From: Pseudomonas marginalis
Lineage (GTDB): Bacteria > Pseudomonadota > Gammaproteobacteria > Pseudomonadales > Pseudomonadaceae
NCBI RefSeq assembly: GCF_900105325.1
Contig: NZ_FNSU01000003.1
Location: 3,686,544 to 3,718,543, forward strand
Reading direction: 5' to 3'
Length of the DNA stretch: 32,000 bases
Position numbers and translations under genes: made by a program. Below are positions 22,115 to 32,000 of the stretch, piece by piece; position 1 is the first letter of the stretch, and every line of letters starts with the position of its first letter. The notes below the pieces were generated by a model. It searched no databases. It was not told the origin of the DNA and saw nothing but the letters and a program-made list of their open reading frames with translations.

Positions 22115-22426
22115 TTAGCCGAGGCTGATCTGTACTTCCACACCGGCCGCCAGATCGAGCTTCATAAGAGCATCAACGGTTTTATCCGTTGGCTGGACGA
22201 TGTCCAGTACGCGCTTATGAGTACGGATCTCGTACTGGTCACGCGCGTCTTTGTTGACGTGCGGGGAGACCAGAACGGTGAACCGCTCTTTACGGGTAGG
22301 CAGTGGAATTGGACCACGCACTTGAGCACCAGTACGTTTCGCGGTTTCCACGATTTCCTGGGTGGATTGGTCGATCAGGCGATGGTCAAAAGCCTTCAAC
22401 CTGATACGGATTTGCTGATTTTGCAT
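22115..22426 (-). CDS. rpsJ: 30S ribosomal protein S10
   Basis: 103 aa, [34 protein letters not shown]. Confidence 0.98.
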
Positions 22427-22488
22427 TGGATTTCAGACTCCGGCTGCTATTCCCAGCGAGCGCAATACGCCCGTTAAAAGGAGGCGCA

Positions 22489-22517
22489 ATTCTATAGACG
22501 CCCTAGATAGGTGTCAA
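22489..22517 (-). promoter_or_regulatory. candidate sigma-70 promoter of the S10 operon
   Basis: On the minus strand: TTGACA (22517-22512), a 17-nt spacer, then TAGAAT (22494-22489). It lies immediately downstream of the tufA terminator and leaves a leader of about 55-60 nt. Confidence 0.6.
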
Positions 22518-22523
22518 CCCAAT

Positions 22524-22552
22524 AAAAAAGCCCCCGCTGAGCGGGGGCTTTT
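22524..22552 (-). terminator. rho-independent terminator after tufA
   Basis: Stem GCCCCCGC (22530-22537) pairs with GCGGGGGC (22541-22548) around a 3-nt loop. In tufA sense a U6 run follows. It sits 36 nt after the tufA stop. Confidence 0.85.
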
Positions 22553-22583
22553 CAAAGCATCGAAGCTATCTCAGAAGAGACGC

Positions 22584-23777
22584 TTACTCGATGATTTTAG
22601 CTACAACACCAGCACCAACGGTACGGCCGCCTTCACGGATAGCGAAGCGCAGACCGTCTTCCATTGCGATGGTCTTGATCAGGGTAACTTCCATTTGGAT
22701 GTTATCGCCTGGCATTACCATTTCAACGCCTTCTGGCAGCTGGCAGTTACCAGTCACGTCAGTAGTACGGAAGTAGAACTGTGGACGGTAGCCTTTGAAG
22801 AACGGAGTGTGACGACCGCCTTCTTCCTTGCTCAGAACGTAAACTTCTGCGGTGAACTTGGTGTGCGGCTTAACCGAACCTGGCTTAACCAGAACCTGGC
22901 CACGCTCAACGTCGTCACGCTTGGTACCACGCAGCAGAACGCCGCAGTTCTCGCCAGCACGACCTTCGTCGAGCAGCTTGCGGAACATTTCAACACCAGT
23001 GCAGACAGTGTTGGTAGTGTCACGCAGACCAACGATTTCCAGCGCATCTTGAACGCGAACGATACCGCGCTCGATACGACCAGTCACAACAGTACCACGA
23101 CCGGAGATCGAGAATACGTCTTCGATTGGCATCAGGAACGGCTTGTCGGTCAGACGAACTGGTTCTGGGATGTAGCTGTCCAGGGTTTCAACCAGTTTAC
23201 GAACGGCAGTGGTGCCCATTTCGTTATCGTCTTTGCCTTCCAGCGCCATACGAGCGGAACCGATGATGATCGGAGTGTCGTCGCCTGGGAAGTCGTAAGT
23301 GCTCAGCAGATCGCGCACTTCCATCTCAACCAGCTCCAGCAGCTCAGCGTCGTCTACCAGGTCAGCCTTGTTCAGGAAAACCACGATGTACGGAACGCCT
23401 ACCTGACGGGACAGCAGGATGTGCTCACGGGTTTGTGGCATCGGACCATCAGCGGCCGAGCAAACCAGGATCGCGCCGTCCATCTGGGCAGCACCAGTGA
23501 TCATGTTCTTCACATAGTCAGCGTGACCTGGGCAGTCAACGTGAGCGTAGTGACGGATCTTCGAGTTGTACTCGACGTGCGCGGTGTTGATGGTGATACC
23601 ACGAGCTTTTTCTTCTGGAGCGCTGTCGATTTTATCGAAATCAACGACTGCAGAACCGAAAACCTCGGAGCAGACGCGAGTCAGAGCTGCGGTCAGAGTG
23701 GTTTTACCGTGGTCAACGTGACCGATAGTGCCAACGTTGACGTGCGGTAGGGAACGATCAAATTTTTCTTTAGCCAC
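22584..23777 (-). CDS. tufA: elongation factor Tu (the copy in the str operon)
   Basis: 397 aa, [32 protein letters not shown]. It lies directly downstream of fusA. Confidence 0.98.
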   Translation of the reverse strand: MAKEKFDRSLPHVNVGTIGHVDHGKTTLTAALTRVCSEVFGSAVVDFDKIDSAPEEKARGITINTAHVEYNSKIRHYAHVDCPGHADYVKNMITGAAQMDGAILVCSAADGPMPQTREHILLSRQVGVPYIVVFLNKADLVDDAELLELVEMEVRDLLSTYDFPGDDTPIIIGSARMALEGKDDNEMGTTAVRKLVETLDSYIPEPVRLTDKPFLMPIEDVFSISGRGTVVTGRIERGIVRVQDALEIVGLRDTTNTVCTGVEMFRKLLDEGRAGENCGVLLRGTKRDDVERGQVLVKPGSVKPHTKFTAEVYVLSKEEGGRHTPFFKGYRPQFYFRTTDVTGNCQLPEGVEMVMPGDNIQMEVTLIKTIAMEDGLRFAIREGGRTVGAGVVAKIIE

Positions 23778-23807
23778 GACAATTAACTCCTTGCCTAAAG
23801 GACTGAA

Positions 23808-25913
23808 TCAGCCTTGTTTTTTGGATACAGTTTCAGCGATGTGCGCCGGAGCTGTGTTGTATTTTTTGAATTCCATAGAGTAGCTTGCGCGACCCTGGGA
23901 CATGGAGCGAACGTCGGTCGCATAACCGAACATCTCACCCAACGGAACCTCGGCGCGAATCACTTTGCCGGAAACCGTGTCTTCCATACCCAAGATCATG
24001 CCGCGACGACGGTTAAGGTCGCCCATGACATCACCCATATAGTCTTCAGGTGTAACAACTTCTACCGCCATGATTGGCTCAAGCAACTCACCACCGCCCT
24101 TCTGGGCCAGTTGCTTGGTTGCCATGGAAGCAGCCACCTTAAACGCCATCTCGTTGGAGTCGACGTCGTGGTAAGAACCGTCAAAAACGGTTGCTTTCAG
24201 GCCGATCAGCGGATAGCCGGCAACAACACCGTTCTTCATCTGCTCTTCGATACCCTTCTGGATAGCAGGGATGTATTCCTTAGGAACAACACCACCTACT
24301 ACTTCGTTCACGAATTGCAGACCTTCCTGACCTTCGTCAGCAGGAGCAAAACGGATCCAGCAGTGACCGAACTGACCACGACCGCCGGACTGACGAACGA
24401 ACTTGCCTTCGATTTCGCAGTTCTTCGTGATGCGCTCACGATAGGAAACCTGAGGCTTACCGATGTTGGCTTCGACGTTGAACTCACGGCGCATCCGGTC
24501 AACCAGGATGTCCAGGTGCAACTCGCCCATACCAGAGATGATCGTTTGACCAGTCTCTTCATCAGTTTTGACGCGGAAAGATGGATCTTCCTGAGCAAGC
24601 TTGCCCAGAGCGATACCCATTTTTTCCTGGTCATCCTTGGTCTTAGGCTCTACGGCAACCGAAATAACCGGCTCCGGGAAGTCCATGCGAACCAGGATGA
24701 TTGGCTTGGCAGCGTCGCACAAAGTCTCACCAGTGGTGACGTCCTTCATGCCGATCAAGGCCGCGATGTCACCAGCGCGCACTTCCTTGATCTCTTCACG
24801 GGCGTTTGCGTGCATTTGCACCATACGACCCACACGCTCTTTCTTGCCTTTGACCGAGTTGATCACGCCGTCGCCGGAGGCCAACACGCCCGAGTAAACA
24901 CGGACGAAGGTCAGAGTACCCACGAATGGGTCGGTAGCAATCTTGAAGGCCAGAGCCGAGAACGGCTCGCTGTCGTCAGCATGACGCTCCATCTCTTCTT
25001 CCTCGTTATCAGGGTTGGTACCCTTGATAGCAGGAATGTCGGTTGGAGCAGGCAGATAGTCGATCACGGCGTCGAGAACCAGGGGAACACCCTTGTTCTT
25101 GAAGGAAGAACCGCAAACAGCCAAGACGATCTCACCAGCGATAGTACGCTGACGCAGAGCGGCCTTGATTTCCACGTTGGTGAGCTCTTCACCTTCGAGG
25201 TACTTGTTCATCAGCTCTTCGCTGGCTTCGGCGGCAGCCTCAACCATGTTGTTGCGCCACTCGTCAGCCAGTTCCTGCAATTCTGCAGGGATAGGCTTGC
25301 GAACAGGAACCATACCTTTGTCAGCGTCATTCCAGTAGACCGCTTCCATGTTGATCAGATCGATCTGACCCTGGAAGTTGTCTTCGGAACCGATTGCCAA
25401 TTGGATTGGCACCGGAGTATGACCCAGACGCTGCTTGATCTGACCGATCACGCGCAGGAAGTTGGCACCAGCACGGTCCATCTTGTTTACATAAACAAGA
25501 CGTGGAACGCCGTATTTGTTGGCTTGACGCCATACGGTTTCCGACTGAGGCTCGACACCCGAGGTACCGCAGAACACAACGACAGCGCCGTCGAGTACGC
25601 GCAGGGAACGTTCAACTTCAATAGTGAAGTCTACGTGGCCTGGGGTATCGATAACGTTGAAGCGGTGCTCATCTTTGTACTGCTTCTCGGAACCTTTCCA
25701 GAAGGCGGTAATAGCAGCAGAAGTAATGGTAATACCACGCTCCTGCTCCTGAACCATCCAGTCTGTGGTCGCGGCGCCATCATGCACCTCGCCCATTTTG
25801 TGACTTTTGCCGGTGTAAAACAGTACGCGCTCGGTCGTGGTGGTTTTACCAGCATCCACGTGAGCAACGATACCGATGTTACGGTAGCGGCTAATCGGAG
25901 TAGTACGAGCCAT
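23808..25913 (-). CDS. fusA: elongation factor G
   Basis: 701 aa, [35 protein letters not shown]. Confidence 0.98.
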   Translation of the reverse strand: MARTTPISRYRNIGIVAHVDAGKTTTTERVLFYTGKSHKMGEVHDGAATTDWMVQEQERGITITSAAITAFWKGSEKQYKDEHRFNVIDTPGHVDFTIEVERSLRVLDGAVVVFCGTSGVEPQSETVWRQANKYGVPRLVYVNKMDRAGANFLRVIGQIKQRLGHTPVPIQLAIGSEDNFQGQIDLINMEAVYWNDADKGMVPVRKPIPAELQELADEWRNNMVEAAAEASEELMNKYLEGEELTNVEIKAALRQRTIAGEIVLAVCGSSFKNKGVPLVLDAVIDYLPAPTDIPAIKGTNPDNEEEEMERHADDSEPFSALAFKIATDPFVGTLTFVRVYSGVLASGDGVINSVKGKKERVGRMVQMHANAREEIKEVRAGDIAALIGMKDVTTGETLCDAAKPIILVRMDFPEPVISVAVEPKTKDDQEKMGIALGKLAQEDPSFRVKTDEETGQTIISGMGELHLDILVDRMRREFNVEANIGKPQVSYRERITKNCEIEGKFVRQSGGRGQFGHCWIRFAPADEGQEGLQFVNEVVGGVVPKEYIPAIQKGIEEQMKNGVVAGYPLIGLKATVFDGSYHDVDSNEMAFKVAASMATKQLAQKGGGELLEPIMAVEVVTPEDYMGDVMGDLNRRRGMILGMEDTVSGKVIRAEVPLGEMFGYATDVRSMSQGRASYSMEFKKYNTAPAHIAETVSKKQG

Positions 25914-25943
25914 AAAGCCCTCGCAAAATTAGTGAAGCTAAGA

Positions 25944-26435
<492 letters not shown>

Positions 26436-26532
26436 TCAGGTTCGCTCGGAATCGGTGCCCTTTCGGGACGCCTCCGACCTTACTCTTATCGACTCAGAAA
26501 ATAAGATGATTCAGTTTTACAAAAAGCCGCTA

Positions 26533-26904
26533 CTACTTAGGCTTCTTGGTACCGTACTTCGAACGACCCTGGTTACGACCTTTAACGCCGGAAGTATCCA
26601 AGGAGCCGCGTACGGTGTGATAACGAACACCTGGCAAGTCTTTTACACGACCGCCACGGATCAGTACCACGCTGTGCTCTTGCAGGTTGTGGCCTTCACC
26701 GCCGATGTACGAGGAAACCTCGAAACCGTTGGTCAGGCGCACACGGCATACTTTACGCAGTGCCGAGTTAGGTTTTTTCGGCGTGGTGGTATACACACGA
26801 GTGCATACGCCACGACGTTGCGGGCAGTTCTGCAGCGCAGGCACGTCGGATTTCTCGACGATACGCTTACGCGGCTGACGTACCAGCTGGTTGATAGTTG
26901 CCAT
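26533..26904 (-). CDS. rpsL: 30S ribosomal protein S12
   Basis: 123 aa, [14 protein letters not shown]...[12 protein letters not shown]...[11 protein letters not shown]. The Lys residues in PKKP and RVKD are wild type. Confidence 0.98.
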   Translation of the reverse strand: MATINQLVRQPRKRIVEKSDVPALQNCPQRRGVCTRVYTTTPKKPNSALRKVCRVRLTNGFEVSSYIGGEGHNLQEHSVVLIRGGRVKDLPGVRYHTVRGSLDTSGVKGRNQGRSKYGTKKPK

Positions 26905-26916
26905 CTACTAGCTCCA

Positions 26917-26944
26917 CTGTTGTCTTGCGACGCTATTGTCTTGC
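26917..26944 (-). repeat. tandem 12-nt direct repeat in the rpsL 5' leader
   Basis: On the plus strand, CTGTTGTCTTGC (26917-26928) and CTATTGTCTTGC (26933-26944) are 11/12 identical with a 16-nt period. In RNA sense these read GCAAGACAAUAG ... GCAAGACAACAG, and the second copy ends just before the GGAG Shine-Dalgarno. Confidence 0.6.
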
Positions 26945-26958
26945 AAGAAAAGCAAAAT

Positions 26959-26978
26959 GGCAGGAACGAATTCCCGCC
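26959..26978 (-). promoter_or_regulatory. stable hairpin with UUCG tetraloop in the rpsL leader
   Basis: In RNA sense: GGCGGGAA-UUCG-UUCCUGCC, an 8-bp stem with one G-U pair and a UUCG loop. It lies between the predicted promoter and the rpsL start. Confidence 0.45.
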
Positions 26979-26995
26979 AAATTTAGGGGTACAAG

Positions 26996-27024
26996 AGTCT
27001 AAAGAGGATCTTGCCCCCAGTCAA
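26996..27024 (-). promoter_or_regulatory. candidate sigma-70 promoter of the str operon
   Basis: On the minus strand: TTGACT (27024-27019), a 17-nt spacer, then TAGACT (27001-26996). This leaves a leader of about 85 nt. Confidence 0.5.
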
Positions 27025-27121
27025 GGCAAGGCCCCGACCTCCCCTCCCGTCGAAGCCGGGCAAATCTGCCTTGATCCGACGAATGGGGGCTGCCAGGGCC
27101 CAGACTTATTTACCGCAGAAC

Positions 27122-30100
27122 TCAGTTACCGCTTGAGTTCAGCGCTTCGGTCAGTGCGGCTTCCACTTCACTGGCGCTTACGCGCAACGGCTTGTCAGCA
27201 TCACGGCGACGCTTACGCTCGCTGTGATAGGCCAAACCGGTACCAGCCGGGATCAGACGACCCACGACCACGTTCTCTTTCAGGCCGCGCAGGTAATCGC
27301 GCTTGCCGGTTACCGCTGCTTCGGTCAGTACGCGAGTGGTCTCCTGGAAGGAGGCCGCCGAGATGAACGACTCAGTGGACAACGACGCCTTGGTGATACC
27401 CAGCAGTACGCGAGTGAACTTGGAAACGAATTTCTCGTCGCCAGCCAGACGCTCGTTTTCCACCAGCACGTGAGTCAGTTCCATCTGGTCGCCCTTGATG
27501 AAACTGGAATCGCCGGATTCAGCGATCTCAACTTTACGCAGCATCTGACGCAGGATGGTCTCGATGTGCTTATCGTTGATCTTCACGCCTTGCAGGCGGT
27601 AAACGTCCTGGATCTCGTTAACGATGTACTTGGCCAGCGCACTCACACCCAGCAGACGCAGGATGTCGTGTGGATCGCTCGGGCCGTCGGAGATCACTTC
27701 GCCGCGGTTTACCTGTTCGCCTTCGAACACGTTCAGGTGACGCCACTTTGGAATCAGCTCTTCGTACGGATCGGTACCGTCGTTCGGGGTAATAACCAGA
27801 CGGCGCTTGCCCTTGGTTTCTTTACCGAACGCGATAGTGCCACTGACTTCAGCCAGAATCGACGCTTCTTTCGGACGACGAGCTTCGAACAAGTCGGCAA
27901 CACGCGGCAAACCACCGGTGATGTCACGGGTCTTCGAAGTTTCTTGCGGGATACGCGCGATAACATCACCGATCGCGATCTTCGCACCATCCGCTACACC
28001 GACCAGGGCGTTGGCTGGCAGGAAGTACTGAGCGATTACGTCAGTGCCTGGCAGCAACAGATCCTTGCCGTTGTCATCGACCATTTTCACGGCAGGACGG
28101 ATGTCCTTACCGGCAGCTGGACGATCTTTCGCGTCGAGTACTTCAATGTTGGTCATACCGGTCAATTCGTCAGTCTGACGCTTGATCGTGATGCCTTCTT
28201 CCATGCCCACGTAGGTCACGGTACCTTTCATTTCGGTAACGATTGGGTGAGTGTGCGGATCCCACTTGGCCACGATTGCACCAGCGTCGACCTTGTCACC
28301 CTCTTTAACCGAAATCACAGCACCGTACGGCAGCTTGTAGCGCTCACGCTCACGACCGTAGTCATCAGCGATTGCCAGCTCACCGGAACGCGACACAGCA
28401 ACCAGGTGACCATCCACTCGCTCAACGTGCTTCAGGTTGTGCAGGCGGACAGTACCGCCATTCTTCACCTGAACGCTGTCGGCTGCGGAGGTCCGGCTTG
28501 CCGCACCACCAATGTGGAACGTACGCATGGTCAGCTGGGTACCCGGCTCACCGATGGACTGGGCAGCAATAACGCCGACCGCTTCACCGATGTTCACCTG
28601 GTGACCACGAGCCAAGTCACGGCCGTAGCACTTGGCGCAAATGCCGTAGCGGGTTTCGCAGCTGATCGGCGAGCGAACGATTACTTCGTCGATGCTGTTG
28701 AGTTCGATGAACTCGACCCACTTCTCGTCAACCAGAGTGCCGGCAGGAACGATAACTTCCTCGGTACCTGGCTTGAATACGTCACGGGCAATAACACGAC
28801 CCAGTACGCGCTCACCCAGCGGCTCTACAACGTCACCGCCTTCAATGTGCGGAGTCATCAGCAGGCCGTGCTCGGTGCCGCAGTCGATCTCGGTGACAAC
28901 CAGATCTTGCGCAACGTCTACCAGACGACGCGTCAGGTAACCGGAGTTAGCGGTTTTCAACGCGGTATCCGCCAGACCTTTCCGAGCACCGTGAGTAGAG
29001 ATGAAGTACTGGAGTACGCTCAAACCTTCACGGAAGTTCGCAGTAATCGGCGTTTCGATGATGGAGCCGTCCGGCTTGGCCATCAGGCCACGCATACCGG
29101 CGAGCTGACGGATCTGCGCAGCAGAACCCCGTGCGCCCGAGTCGGCCATCATGTACATCGAGTTGAAGGACTCTTGGTCAACTTCGTCGCCGTGACGGTC
29201 GATGACCTTCTCTTTCGAGAGGTTGGCCATCATCGCCTTGGACACTTCGTCGTTGGCCTTGGACCAAAGGTCGATCACTTTGTTGTACTTCTCGCCCTGT
29301 GTTACCAGGCCCGAGGCGTACTGGCTTTCGATCTCTTTCACTTCATCAGTAGCAGCACTGATGATGCGGGCTTTTTCATCAGGAATAACGAAGTCGTTAA
29401 CACCGATGGAAACGCCGGAAATGGTCGAATAGGCAAAACCGGTGTACATCAACTGGTCAGCGAAGATCACGGTCTCTTTCAGACCAACCACGCGATAGCA
29501 TTGGTTGATCAGCTTGGAGATCGCCTTTTTCTTCATCGGCAGGTTGACGACGTCGTACGACAGGCCTTTTGGCACAACCTGGTACAACAGCGCACGGCCA
29601 ACGGTGGTGTCGACAATACGGGTGCCGCTCACGCTGCCGCCATCACGGTCGTTGACAGTTTCGTTGATGCGCACTTTGACCTTGGCGTGCAGTGCGGCTT
29701 CGCCGGCACGGAACACCCGGTCAACTTCCTGCAGGTCAGCGAACACACGACCTTCGCCTTTGGCGTTGATCGCCTCACGGGTCATGTAGTACAGACCCAA
29801 TACAACGTCCTGCGACGGAACGATGATTGGCTCACCGTTGGCTGGCGACAGAATGTTGTTGGTCGACATCATCAACGCACGCGCTTCCAACTGGGCTTCC
29901 AGTGTCAGCGGCACGTGCACGGCCATTTGGTCGCCGTCGAAGTCGGCGTTGTACGCAGCACAGACCAGAGGGTGCAGCTGGATAGCCTTACCTTCGATCA
30001 GTACCGGTTCAAACGCCTGGATACCCAGACGGTGAAGGGTCGGTGCACGGTTGAGGAGAACCGGGTGTTCGCGAATCACTTCAGCGAGAACGTCCCAAAC

Positions 30101-31321
30101 CTCTGGCAGCTCGCGCTCGACCATTTTCTTGGCCGCTTTGATGGTGGTCGCGAGACCGCGCATTTCCAGCTTGCCGAAGATGAATGGCTTGAACAGCTCA
30201 AGTGCCATCTTCTTAGGCAGACCGCACTGGTGCAGACGCAGGGTCGGGCCTACGGTAATTACCGAACGACCAGAGTAGTCAACACGCTTACCGAGCAAGT
30301 TCTGACGGAAACGACCTTGCTTACCCTTGATCATGTCAGCCAAGGATTTCAGAGGACGCTTGTTGGAACCGGTGATAGCGCGGCCACGACGACCGTTGTC
30401 GAGCAGGGCATCGACAGCTTCCTGCAACATACGCTTTTCGTTGCGCACGATGATGTCCGGAGCGGACAGATCGAGCAGGCGCTTCAAGCGGTTGTTACGG
30501 TTGATCACACGGCGGTACAGGTCGTTGAGGTCGGAAGTCGCGAAACGACCACCATCCAACGGCACCAGCGGACGCAGATCCGGCGGCAGAACCGGCAGAA
30601 CGGTCAGCACCATCCACTCTGGCAGGTTGCCGGAACCCTGGAAGGCTTCCATCAACTTCAGACGCTTGGACAGCTTCTTGATCTTGGTTTCGGAGTTGGT
30701 TTGCGGAATCTCTTCGCGCAGACGACCAATCTCGTGCTCCAGGTCGATAGCGTGCAGCAGTTCGCGGACAGCTTCGGCACCCATGCGGGCATCGAAATCA
30801 TCACCGAACTCTTCCAACGCCTCGAAGTACTGCTCGTCGTTCAGCAGCTGACCTTTTTCAAGGGTAGTCATGCCTGGATCGATAACGACATAGCTCTCGA
30901 AGTAGAGAACGCGTTCGATATCACGCAGGGTCATGTCCATCAGCAAGCCGATACGGGACGGCAGCGATTTCAGGAACCAGATGTGGGCAACCGGCGAAGC
31001 CAGCTCGATGTGCGCCATGCGCTCACGACGAACCTTGGCCAGTGCAACTTCAACGCCACACTTCTCGCAGATCACACCACGGTGCTTCAAGCGCTTGTAC
31101 TTACCGCACAGGCACTCGTAATCCTTTACCGGGCCAAAGATCTTGGCGCAGAACAGGCCGTCACGCTCAGGTTTGAACGTACGGTAGTTGATGGTTTCCG
31201 GCTTTTTAACTTCACCGAACGACCACGAACGGATCATCTCAGGCGATGCCAATCCAATACGGATGGCGTCGAACTCTTCGACTTGACCCTGGTTTTTCAG
31301 CAAATTCAGTAGGTCTTTCAA
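27122..31321 (-). CDS. rpoC: RNA polymerase beta-prime subunit
   Basis: 1399 aa, (M)[57 protein letters not shown], catalytic NADFDGD present. The start codon is TTG (31321-31319), with AGGAGG 8 nt upstream. Confidence 0.98.
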   Translation of the reverse strand: MKDLLNLLKNQGQVEEFDAIRIGLASPEMIRSWSFGEVKKPETINYRTFKPERDGLFCAKIFGPVKDYECLCGKYKRLKHRGVICEKCGVEVALAKVRRERMAHIELASPVAHIWFLKSLPSRIGLLMDMTLRDIERVLYFESYVVIDPGMTTLEKGQLLNDEQYFEALEEFGDDFDARMGAEAVRELLHAIDLEHEIGRLREEIPQTNSETKIKKLSKRLKLMEAFQGSGNLPEWMVLTVLPVLPPDLRPLVPLDGGRFATSDLNDLYRRVINRNNRLKRLLDLSAPDIIVRNEKRMLQEAVDALLDNGRRGRAITGSNKRPLKSLADMIKGKQGRFRQNLLGKRVDYSGRSVITVGPTLRLHQCGLPKKMALELFKPFIFGKLEMRGLATTIKAAKKMVERELPEVWDVLAEVIREHPVLLNRAPTLHRLGIQAFEPVLIEGKAIQLHPLVCAAYNADFDGDQMAVHVPLTLEAQLEARALMMSTNNILSPANGEPIIVPSQDVVLGLYYMTREAINAKGEGRVFADLQEVDRVFRAGEAALHAKVKVRINETVNDRDGGSVSGTRIVDTTVGRALLYQVVPKGLSYDVVNLPMKKKAISKLINQCYRVVGLKETVIFADQLMYTGFAYSTISGVSIGVNDFVIPDEKARIISAATDEVKEIESQYASGLVTQGEKYNKVIDLWSKANDEVSKAMMANLSKEKVIDRHGDEVDQESFNSMYMMADSGARGSAAQIRQLAGMRGLMAKPDGSIIETPITANFREGLSVLQYFISTHGARKGLADTALKTANSGYLTRRLVDVAQDLVVTEIDCGTEHGLLMTPHIEGGDVVEPLGERVLGRVIARDVFKPGTEEVIVPAGTLVDEKWVEFIELNSIDEVIVRSPISCETRYGICAKCYGRDLARGHQVNIGEAVGVIAAQSIGEPGTQLTMRTFHIGGAASRTSAADSVQVKNGGTVRLHNLKHVERVDGHLVAVSRSGELAIADDYGRERERYKLPYGAVISVKEGDKVDAGAIVAKWDPHTHPIVTEMKGTVTYVGMEEGITIKRQTDELTGMTNIEVLDAKDRPAAGKDIRPAVKMVDDNGKDLLLPGTDVIAQYFLPANALVGVADGAKIAIGDVIARIPQETSKTRDITGGLPRVADLFEARRPKEASILAEVSGTIAFGKETKGKRRLVITPNDGTDPYEELIPKWRHLNVFEGEQVNRGEVISDGPSDPHDILRLLGVSALAKYIVNEIQDVYRLQGVKINDKHIETILRQMLRKVEIAESGDSSFIKGDQMELTHVLVENERLAGDEKFVSKFTRVLLGITKASLSTESFISAASFQETTRVLTEAAVTGKRDYLRGLKENVVVGRLIPAGTGLAYHSERKRRRDADKPLRVSASEVEAALTEALNSSGN

Positions 31322-31343
31322 GGCCTTTCCTCCTGGCGGAGCA

Positions 31344-31370
31344 GAGAGCGGGCTAAACAGCCCCGCTCTC
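31344..31370 (-). other. hairpin in the rpoB-rpoC intercistronic spacer
   Basis: A perfect 9-bp stem, GAGAGCGGG (31344-31352) with CCCGCTCTC (31362-31370), encloses a 9-nt loop. No U tract follows in sense orientation, so it is probably a processing or stability element rather than a terminator. Confidence 0.4.
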
Positions 31371-31385
31371 GATTCGCGTCACGTG

Positions 31386-32000
<615 letters not shown>

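Noticed and set aside
26533-26904. rpsL checked for streptomycin-resistance substitutions (Lys in TTPKKPNSA and in RVKDLPG).
   Set aside because: Both positions carry the wild-type Lys, so there is nothing to report. The rifampicin-resistance region of rpoB lies outside the window.

Overview
This is a core-genome window from a Pseudomonas-type gammaproteobacterium. From memory the proteins look closest to the P. fluorescens/P. syringae lineage, which I cannot verify here. Bases 1-8.7 kb carry a 5'-truncated isochorismatase-family hydrolase, tam, ssb, a YajR-like MFS transporter immediately upstream of ssb, divergent uvrA, a bfrA/ftnA-type ferritin and katA. Bases 8.7-32 kb are entirely on the minus strand. 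They hold the complete alpha operon (rpsM-rpsK-rpsD-rpoA-rplQ), spc operon (rplN...secY-rpmJ), S10 operon (rpsJ...rpsQ) and str operon (rpsL-rpsG-fusA-tufA), then rpoC and the 3' end of rpoB. Two genes too short for the ORF track, rpmJ and rpmD, were located and translated by hand. Several track ORFs were trimmed to the conserved start: uvrA, bfrA, katA, rpsN, rpsQ, rpmC, rpsC and rplC. I see no tRNA, rRNA, CRISPR array, IS or transposon, integrase, phage gene or defence gene, and no convincing novel multi-gene system. The window is housekeeping DNA. The unusual signals are all noncoding. The main ones are: (1) a 206-nt spacer inside the spc operon between rpsN and rpsH, holding three tandem hairpin-plus-U-tract elements; (2) a decayed LexA box upstream of uvrA that matches my memory of the E. 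coli uvrA box in all but two core positions; (3) repeats or palindromes upstream of bfrA and katA; (4) a structured rpsL leader. The very long plus-strand ORFs in the track (up to 1362 aa) are codon-register mirror images of the highly expressed minus-strand genes and are rejected as genes.
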